Of a stretch of DNA of 64,000 nucleotides, positions 38,274 through 46,881 are shown one piece after another. The position numbers and the translations under genes were made by a program. The stretch covers positions 13,392,001 through 13,456,000 of the forward strand of contig OZ281499.1 in the NCBI GenBank assembly GCA_965637545.1. Direction: 5' to 3'. The DNA comes from Phallusia mammillata (Eukaryota). Every line of letters begins with the position of its first letter. Position 1 is the stretch's first letter. The notes beneath the pieces were generated by a model. The model saw only the letters and a program-made list of their open reading frames with translations, was not told the origin of the DNA and ran no database searches.

Positions 38274-38578
38274 TCAGTGCTAAATCGGAATGGCATTCCC
38301 GTTCTGATTTAGCTAAATCGGAATGGCATTCCCGTTCTGATTTAGCTAAATCGGAACGGAAATTTTATTCCTCTTCTGATTTAGCTAAATCGGAATGGCA
38401 TTCCCGTTCTGAAATAGCTAAAACGGAACGGAAATGTTATTCCCGTTCTGATTTAACTAAATCGAAATGAAAATGACATTCCCGTTCTGATATAGCTAAA
38501 TCGGAATGGAACTGTTATTCCCGTTCTGATATAGCTAAATCGGAATGACATTCCCATTCTGATATAGCTAAATCAAAA
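38274..38578 (-). repeat. Right subterminal array, inverted relative to the left (~9 copies)
   Basis: Palindrome starts at 38306, 38339, 38378, 38411, 38450, 38489, 38528 and 38561, plus a half copy at 38279. Confidence 0.9.
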
Positions 38579-39357
38579 TGACGTGGTTCTTTACACATGC
38601 ATATTTTTACAAAGGGCTTCATTATTTGGGCAAAAAAGGCTTTTTAGAAATGTCATTGATATTTTTACAAACGGCGCCCCATACTCGTTAAACTCAAGGG
38701 GGACTGGAAAAAGGGTTATTTTAGTGTTGGGCGGGGGGGGGGGGGTTTCAGCAAGAAGAGAAATTTTGTCGTTTCCATTATTCCCAAAGGTAAGGCCTCT
38801 ATAAAGTCTTTCATAAAGTTTAGTATGTTTCTCTCTGCTTCTCTCGTCGTTTCTAAATGTGATTTTGAAAATCGATTTTTTCGGATTGAGGCATCGCACA
38901 CCCTCAAGCGATTCTTCATAGAAAGGAAGAATCCCGTTGCGGGTAAACAGTGCGATAAAGTCAGCTAGATTGTAGTATTCGTGTGATTTCACAGTAATAT
39001 GAAGAGATCTATCTTCCAAGAGGTGTCGTTCGATGTTTAGGGGCATTTTGGTAGTGGCTTTGAAGGTTGGTTGAGCAGTAGGGATGATTATAGTTTAAAG
39101 GTGGGGGGGCGCACGTTTACAGCAAATTGAAAAAATTACAGGAAAAAAGGGGGAAAGTGGGAGAGTTTTTTAAATATTAACAATACAGAATGGAGTTATG
39201 CAATTTCGATATTAATTGGATAAAAGAAAGTTTATTCGGATATCTTTTTGTTGTTTGATTTAAGTTTTGGGCAGATTTTAATTTTAGGGCGTGGCAGGGG
39301 TGTGGCCTGTTTTGGTTCATACATTTTCGCCTCTGTGCCCGCTGCATTATTCATTCA

Positions 39358-39403
39358 TTGCTCTGAAGAAGCCCTACCGTTCTGGTGGGCGAAACGTCAG
39401 CAA
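39358..39403 (+). ncRNA. Minimal type I hammerhead ribozyme (Penelope-like)
   Basis: TTGCT-CTGAAGA-A-GCCCTACC GTTCT GGTGGGC-GAAAC-GTC-AGCAA; stem I TTGCT/AGCAA, palindromic ACGT stem III. Confidence 0.7.
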
Positions 39404-39469
39404 AAATACAAGTTCGTGTAAACAACAACTAGTATTTTGTTTAGCATTGCACCAGTTGAACGAAATAAT

Positions 39470-42400
39470 TTATTAAAGGTGTTTATATGTTTTATAAATG
39501 TATCATGTAATGTGGAAATTAAGTCACATCGAGTATTTACTATACTGGCTGAACTTCCAGAAGGTAAATATAAGTTAATTATTGCGAATTGTGTTTGACA
39601 AAATTCAAAAGATAACTTTTGTATTTTGTTTTCTGTAATAATTTCATGTTCCAAGTTTATGTCTTTTCCGAAATTTTCTTTAATCAAAATTAAAGTACCA
39701 TCAAGTTGATTTTTCAAGTAAGAGTTATCCCAGAGCGCATTAAAAAGGGGTATCAGATGGTTCTGTTTAATCCAATTTTCAAAAATTGTTTGATGTATTT
39801 TGTGTATTTCTTGTACTAAAAAAATTTCCGAATCTTGTTTAATTAAATGTGATACATAAGCTAATTTATTTGCAAGTCAGTTTGTATTAAATGAGAGTAT
39901 TCTACAACACGAATCAACTGCCATAGTTTAAGAGTTCTTGGAGGATCTTCTTGAGTGCTTCTTGTTCTTCTTCTTTGGTTTCTTCTGAGATGTACTTGAG
40001 CTATTCTTTCTTTTGTTTTTTCTCACTTCAAAGGGATTATCCGGTTCTGAATCTGTGCCTGAAGAGCCATTTTATTTGGTGCCCAGAAAAATTGAAATAA
40101 AATGTAATTTAGGTCTTTAATGTGTTTCTTTAGTGGTGGGAAAGCACGTGCTAAAAATACTATTTTTGGAATTATAAGTGTGTTTATTATAGTTATTTTA
40201 CCAGGTAGTGTTAAATTTCTGTTTGTAAAACGCGTTGTAATGTTTTGGCGTGACTTGTAAATAGTTTCCAATTTTTATGTATAGCCCAGTTTTGTATAGT
40301 ACATGTAATCCCGAGTATTTTTACTTCGCTTTTCAGAAAATTTGGATAAATTTGATTATTTCTGTTCTAAGATTTTGAGAAAATGCTATAATTTCGGTTT
40401 TTTCTTCATTTATTTTTTGTCCGCTGGCTATTGCGTACAAATTCATCTGTGTAAAGATTTCGTTTAGCGAGCAAGTGTTTGTAATGATAAAAGAAGTATC
40501 ATCTGCGTATTGTTGGAATTTCGTTTCGGTCGGTCCTATTTTAATTCCGTTTATTTTTGTGTTCTGTTTTGTGCATGTGATGAGTGTTTCAGTTATAGCA
40601 ACTTACAACAACATCGACAAGCCGCAACCTTGCCGAACACCTCTTAGTATATTTATTTTTTCAGTCAGTTTTCCGTTAACGTTTATTACACTAGTAAGCT
40701 TAATATTTTTACATAAAAATTCTAAAGATAACTTTTATATTTTGTTTTCTGTAATAATTTCACGTTCCAAGTTTATGTCTTTTCCGAAATTTTCTTTAAT
40801 CAAAAATAAAGTACCATCAAATTGATTTTTCAAGTAAGAGTTATCCCAGTGCGCATTAAAAAGGGGTATCAGATGGTTCTTTTTAATCCAATTTTCAAAA
40901 ATTGTTTGATGTATTTTGTGTATTTCTTGTACTAAAAAAATTTCCGAATCTTGTTTAATTAAATGTGATACATAATCTAATTTATTTGCAAGTCCGTTTG
41001 TATTAAATAAGAGTATACAACACGAATCAACTGCCATAGTTTAAGAGTTCTTGGAGGATCTTCTTGAGTGCTTCTTGTTCTTCTTCTTTGGTTTCTTCTG
41101 AGATGTACTTGAGCTAATCTTTCTTTTGTTTTTTCTCACTTCAAAGGGATTATCCGGTTCTGAATCTGTGCCCGAAGAGCTAGCATTTTCATCGTCTGAA
41201 GGGTTTTCTTTGTTTGAGGTTAAAGGTTTCGTTAGAATTGGAGCAGATTTTGTTGCATCTTTTCTTTTAGTCAGTGAAGGGTGAAGCGGAGTTTCATGGT
41301 CTGGGGTTCCATAGCGACAAGAGTCCGAAAGATTGGAATAATCAAGTTTTTTTCTTTGCATTGCCTTGGCCAATGTTGAAGATATTCGAAAGAGATTTGG
41401 AATTTGACTTGGAGAGTGAGCCAGAATTTGGATTGGAAAAGAGAAAGATGTTTGGAGTTGAAGAAGATGCAGCTTCTTCTGGAACCTTTCTTAAGACTTC
41501 TTTGTGTTCTGATGTATTTAGATTTATGTTTTCGTTCAAGATTTTCTTCTGAAGTTTTTCAAACTTTTTGACTTTGGGAAAGAGATTATCCGCTTTCTCT
41601 TTTTGATCAAGACTGCCAATTGGTGTAGACTGCCTTTGTTGTTTGCTCACTTTTGGGCCAAAGTTGATGTGCTGCCTGCTTCTGGTCTTATAGGCGAGGC
41701 GAATTTACAATCTTTGACGTTATGCTCACCATTGCAAATGAAGCAGAGATGTTTCGTCGGGCAATCAGTGGCCCAGTGACCCCGTTCGTGACAATGTTTG
41801 CACGTGGGGCCAAAGGACTCTCCTAGGTGAGTAATTTGCATGTTGTGACCAAAGAGTTTAATATTGCGTGGGACATTGTCTAGTTCTGCATTGTCCAAGA
41901 AGAGATGCATGTAACCATTGCACAACGAAGGAAAGTGTCGGTGTGTTAGGTATCTATGTTGTTTATACTTTCCCCATTCTAGACGAGATGTTACTTCTTC
42001 CCAATGCTCTTCTCCCAGTTCGAGAGGAACTGGGAAGAGAGTAATTTTGGTCAAAGGCTTCGGTGGATGTTCAGATTTAAGAGTAATTTTTTCTTTTAAG
42101 TTCTTTGTGGTAGAGACTTTTGCCGTTTTTAAATTCCTTGTGGAGCTCTCCGAGGCGTTTTACATCGCGCTCGGTGAAAGTGATTTTGAATAAAGGAAGT
42201 CTGCGGTTTATGCAACGAATTCCCTGCAGTGCGTCCTGGTATTTCTTAAAGGGCCCATATGACATGAAGAAACTGATAAAATTGTTTATGTAGCAGTTTT
42301 CCGATGACGTAACTTTAAAGTGAAGGGACCTGTTTTCTTCTATAAAACGGTTTAAAGCGAGATAATGTTCCATATTTTTTTTACAATATTACAATGCGGA

Positions 42401-42722
42401 AACAACGATGTTAATGTTTCAAGATGATTCGAAAAATGCGTTATAAGTCAGATTTTTTTGTGTTTGTTGGTTGCAAGGTGCGGCTTGTCGTTTGTGGCAG
42501 CGATCGACGTGGAGCACGTCACAAGTTTGGACTAAGACAAGGTATTGGTAATTCGCCCACACAGACTAATTAACCAATCAGTGACGTCACGAGGGAAAAA
42601 ACCCAGGGGCTCTCTGGCTCTTTAGCCGGAGAGGGAGCCTGGAGAAGGTCTTGCACACAAAAAGGAAAGGCGCTCTCGATTCTATTGAAGTCCGGTATAT
42701 GCTTACCTTATTCAAATAGAAT
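39470..42722 (-). mobile_element. L1/Tx1-clade retrotransposon, copy 2 (rearranged, 3' end missing) with an SL-exon 5' end
   Basis: Frameshifted ORF1 (42373-41041; CKHCHERGHWATDC). EN start at 41037, deletion into RT (GVRQGCGLS), ~460-bp duplication (39599-40060 vs 40716-41172). SL exon at 42707-42722. Confidence 0.8.
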
Positions 42723-42781
42723 CCAACCAACCGTCCGCAGCTTTAGGGAACCGATTTGAAATGATTAAAGTCGAAAAAATA

Positions 42782-44484
42782 TTTTTTTTTTCAAAATCAA
42801 ACATTTTATTTGCAACAAAAAGTCAGCTAGCTCAACCCACCAAACAAAATCGGTTTTCTGCAACGACTGTACACTTTGCACACAAAAACACATCTTAAAC
42901 CTACAACATATCATGTCCAGTGAATATTGGCAGTGGACTATTTTGTTATTCAAGGATGGTATGCAAAAAAATCTTAAAAGAGTACCAACAAAAACATTTT
43001 GAATCGAACAAAAGGAACTAGGCAGTGGATTGTGAAGTTAAACTACATCTTCAACGCCAAGTTGGATCTCAACGTCATTTCAAGTTCACTTTCGGAGGTG
43101 TCTGGATCATTATCTATCACCACTGGGTGGGGTGTGTCGGGATTCATTTCCGTAGAGTTGACATCATTCATGCCTAAAATGTTCCTTGCAAATTCGATAG
43201 TTGCGACTTGTAACCCGAGACAAACACCAAGATATGGTTTTTGATTTTCTCTTGCCCATTTTGCTGCGGCAATTTTTCCTTCAACACCTCGATTTCCAAA
43301 TCCACCAGGGACCAAGATACCATTAGCTATGCAGATTTTTTTCCAAGCCTCACGGTATGACACTGGATCATTCACCACAGTTTCTTTCTCCAAATGTGTT
43401 GCCTCAATTATAGCTAAATCTAATCTTCTGTTCACTGCCAATGCTGCGTGCCTTAGAGCTTTAATGACCGACGCATAAGAATCTTCAAGTCTTGTGTATT
43501 TTCCTACCAGGGCAATTGTGCATTTCTTTTGGATTCTATCATATTTATCTGCAAGGTTTTTCCACTTCGTAAGAAGAAATCTTGTTGGATAAGTTGGCAA
43601 GCTCAAACGTTTCTTTAAATACGTTGATAGATTTTGTGCTTCCAGAACTGATGGAACATGGTATATCGAACTGACGTCATAAACATTGATCACCTGTTCA
43701 GGAGCTACATGACAAAAATTGGAAACTTTGTCTTTAACGGACATTTCGATTGGTGAGACGCTTCTACAAACAATAAGATCAGGAAATAAAGCAAGACCTC
43801 GTAAAGCTCGGACACTGTGTTGTGTCGGTTTCGTTTTCTGTTCTCCAGTTGCACTCGGCTGTGAAACGAGGCTGACATGAATGTTGCAGAAGTTTTCTGA
43901 TTTCACTCTGAATTGGAATTGACGAAACGCTTCCACAAAAGGCATCCCCTCAATGTCTCTTATCGTTCCACCCAACTCGATTATACAAACTTCCGGGGGT
44001 TCTTGATCACCGCTTACTGGAATCTTGGCGACTCGCTCCACCCATTCCATAATTGCGTCAGTAACATGGGGAACAACTTGTACAGTTTTTCCAAGGTAGC
44101 CCCCCTTTCTTTCTTTGCTGATGACATGTTGATAATTTTTTCCGGTTTGGATGTTGTTATCTTTGTGAAGCGTAACATTCAGAAATCGTTCATAATTTCC
44201 GAGATCCAAATCCACATCTCCGCCATAATCACACATAAATACATCACCATGTTCATATGGTGAAAACGTTCCCGCGTCGATATTTAAATAGGGATATATT
44301 TTAATGGCTGTGACACGAAGGCACATAATTTCAAAATTGTTCCCAAACTGCTTGAAATAACACCTTTTCCTATGCCACTTATAACACCACCAAAAACTAA
44401 AATGTATTTCATATTTTCAGAATCAGATTGCTTGGCATTCATAATGTTCTGTACTAAATGACAAATACCTCATTCAAATAGAAT
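42782..44484 (-). pseudogene. CTPS: Processed CTP synthase retrocopy of an SL-trans-spliced mRNA
   Basis: [17 protein letters not shown] (ATG at 44412), [42 protein letters not shown]. Intronless. SL (15/16 match) at 44469-44484, AATAAA at 42805-42810, A10 tail, 17-bp TSD GATTAAAGTCGAAAAAA. 1-bp frameshift near 44320 and an apparent internal deletion after PVVID. Confidence 0.95.
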
Positions 44485-44531
44485 GATTAAAGTCGAAAAA
44501 AAGTAACACCGATGATTAAAGTCGAAAAAAG

Positions 44532-44580
44532 TAACACCGAAGTGTTGAAATCGTGAAATCTTATCTTATTCAAATAGAAT
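44532..44580 (-). ncRNA. SL RNA gene copy with mutated splice donor (GT>AT)
   Basis: SL exon at 44565-44580 followed by ATAAG instead of GTAAG. Confidence 0.8.
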
Positions 44581-45096
44581 ACTGTTATAAGGTAACAGGC
44601 GGCTACCTGAAGGCCGTACATGCTTTATTTCAAGACACGGGATATTTTTACGAGTGAAATGGCAAGAAAAAATCCCCAGTCAGTCGGTGTCGCGCATGAT
44701 ATGTCCACTAGAGCAAAGTAGTGGCCAAAACAATGTGATACTAACTTTGTGCAGTGCTACTGTAACATTGTGGCGTGTTTTCCAATTGCGCAGACCTGTT
44801 CATGGTGACTTTATTCGAAGCATTGCAGGCACATAGGTGTGGTAGCCACCCGGTAATTACCGGGTTGGCTGCGGCGCGACTTGCTGGGGCCAGCAGGTCT
44901 GGCATAATTAGCCGACCAGTCCGTGCTGCTGTGCGCTTCAGCTCAACTTCTGCACCTCGAGGAGCCTCATTGGCGCCCCCACGACTTTGTGTAAGGCCCA
45001 GCAACACTTCTAATGGGTAATAATAATAAAAAAACCAACCAACCAACCGTCCGCAGCGTTAGGGAACCGATTTGAAATAATTAAAGTCGAAAAAAG

Positions 45097-45145
45097 TAAC
45101 ACCGAAGTGTTGAAATCGTGAAATCTTACCTTATTCAAATAGAAT
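45097..45145 (-). ncRNA. Spliced-leader (SL) RNA gene
   Basis: 16-nt Ciona-type SL exon + GTAAG donor + terminal hairpin AACAC-TTCG-GTGTT. The ~49-nt 3' end is inferred. Confidence 0.88.
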
Positions 45146-45190
45146 ACTGTTATAAGGTAACAGGCGGCTACCTGAAGACCGTACATGCTT

Positions 45191-45208
45191 TATTTCAAGA
45201 CACGGGAT
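45191..45208 (-). promoter_or_regulatory. snRNA-type proximal sequence element (PSE) of the SL gene, present in every unit
   Basis: ATCCCGTGTCTTGAAATA at -63 to -46, resembling vertebrate U2/U6 PSEs (CCGTG-N-CTTGAAA). No TATA at -30, consistent with a Pol II snRNA promoter. Confidence 0.65.
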
Positions 45209-45673
45209 ATTTTTACGAGTGAAATGGCAAGAAAAAAATCCCCAGTCAGTCGGTGTCGCGCATGATATGTCCACTAGAGCAAAGTAGTGGCCAAAACAAT
45301 GTGATACTAACTTTGTGCAGTGCTACTGTAAAATTGTGGCGTGTTTTCCAATTGCGCAGACCTGTTCATTTTGAGTTTATTCGAAGCATTGCAGGCACAT
45401 AGGTGTGGTAGCCACCCGGTAATTACCGGATTGGCTCCGGCGCGACTTGCTGGGGCCAGCAGGTCTGGCATAATTACCGAACCTAATTAGCCGATCAGCC
45501 CTTGCAGTTGTGCGCTTCAGCTCAACTTCTGGATCACGGGGAGCCTCATTGGCGCCCCCACGGCTTTGTGTAAGGCCCAGCAACACTTCTAATGGGTAAT
45601 AAAAAAACAAACCTACCAACCAACCGTCCGCAGCTTTAGGGAACCGATTTAAAATGATTAAAGTAGAAAAAAG

Positions 45674-45721
45674 TAACACCGAGTGTTGAAATCGTGAAAT
45701 CTTACCTTATTCAAATAGAAT
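45674..45721 (-). ncRNA. SL RNA gene (1-nt deletion in the UUCG loop)
   Basis: SL exon at 45706-45721 with GTAAG; hairpin reads AACACTCGGTGTT. Confidence 0.85.
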
Positions 45722-46247
45722 ACTGTTATAAGGTAACAGGCGGCTACCTGAAGCCCGTACATGCTTCATTTCAAGACACGGGTTATTTTTACGAGTGAAA
45801 TGGCAAGAAAAAATCCCCAGTCAGTCGGTGTCGCGCATGATATGTCCACTAGAGCAAAGTAGTGGCCAAAACAATGTGATACTAACTTTGTGCAGTGCTA
45901 CTAGAACATTGTGGCGTGTTTTCCACTTGCGCAGACCTGTTCATGGTGACTTTATCCGGAGCATTGCAAGCACATAGGTGTGGTAGCCACCCGGTAATTA
46001 CCGGGTTGGCTCAGGCGCGACTTGCTGGGGCCTGCAGGTCTGGCATAATTACCGAACATAATTAGCCGACCAGTCCGTGCAGCTGTGCGCTTCAGCTCAA
46101 CTCACCACGGGGAGCCTCATTGGCGCCCCCACGACTTTGTGTGAGGCCCAGCAACACTTCTAATGGGTAATAAAAAAAAACCAACCAACCGTCCGCAGCG
46201 TTAGGGAACCGATTTGAAATAATTAAAGTCGAAAAAAGTAACACCTT

Positions 46248-46278
<31 letters not shown>

Positions 46279-46881
46279 ATTGTAGAGGCACCTCCCCGCC
46301 TCAACAAGTGACGACCGACCGACAAAAACGGTGATATTTACTATTGTCGTCTCCTCATTAAAAATAAATTAAAATGCAGGCAGGCGGCAACAGCACGTGT
46401 ACTTAAAAGTTCAACGAAAAAAAGGAAAACAGGCTTGGCAACGAGAAAAAAAACGCGAAGGACAAGCATCGCACGTCGCGAACGGGATATGATTGCTATT
46501 GTCAACTAAGGGATTTCATATAAATTAATTTCATTTTTAAACAGGCAGGTGTAATAGTAATTTCAACTGTTGCCGCATTGAAAAAAAAAACATCACGAAA
46601 ATGTCAGATAGGACAGACATCGCACGTCGCGAATAGGGTAACTAATTGGTAATAACAACTAAGAGGTTTCATTTAACTAAAAGACATTTTTGGCAGGCAG
46701 GTATAGTACGCATTTCAGTTGTTACCACAAGAACAAACATAACATTGCAAGAAAACATATCATTGCGAGTGGAAAACTCTACGTGGCTGTTTGAGGTGCG
46801 TGGATTTTTAAAGTTTTAAGCCGAATTTTTGTTCTATTTCTGTTTCACCAAATTTCTGTTCAAAGTAATTTAAGTCCTTTT

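Larger units (their letters stand above)
32571..38683. mobile_element. IS3EU-like DNA transposon (integrase-core DDE) with HECT cargo gene
   Basis: 25-bp perfect TIR TATGGGGCGCCGTTTGTAAAAATAT and 6-bp TSD CTCGTT (32565-32570, 38684-38689). Imperfect inverted similarity extends ~640 bp inward. Host ORF1 reads in frame when the element is removed. Confidence 0.85.
27081..39190 (-). mobile_element. L1/Tx1-clade non-LTR retrotransposon, copy 1 (degenerate, two nested insertions; 5' boundary approximate)
   Basis: Poly(A) at 27081-27096. ORF2 with APE endonuclease (FLFQEVH, GGDFN, RLDRIY, FSDH) and RT (DIEKAFD, QQYADD) at 31413 to ~27450. Zinc-knuckle ORF1 starts at 39046 and is split by the IS3EU-like element. 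Confidence 0.9.
42723..46245 (-). repeat. SL RNA gene tandem array, left block (interrupted by the CTPS retrocopy)
   Basis: Head-to-tail ~565-576 bp units, each with ATTCTATTTGAATAAG followed by G/ATAAG. Confidence 0.9.

Noticed and set aside
45305-45335. U4-like start (ACTTTGTGCAGTG); also looked for linked 5S rRNA, U1, U2 and a telomerase template in the unit
   Set aside because: Similarity stops after ~13 nt, there is no Sm site or U6-pairing region, no 5S internal sequence, and CCCTAAC is too short to be a template.
45230-45560. RNase MRP/P-like motifs (AAATCCCC ... CACGGGG..CTCATT) in the SL spacer
   Set aside because: The match is weak, spacing is too long, the first motif lies in the SL upstream promoter region, and the GGGG is not conserved in all units.
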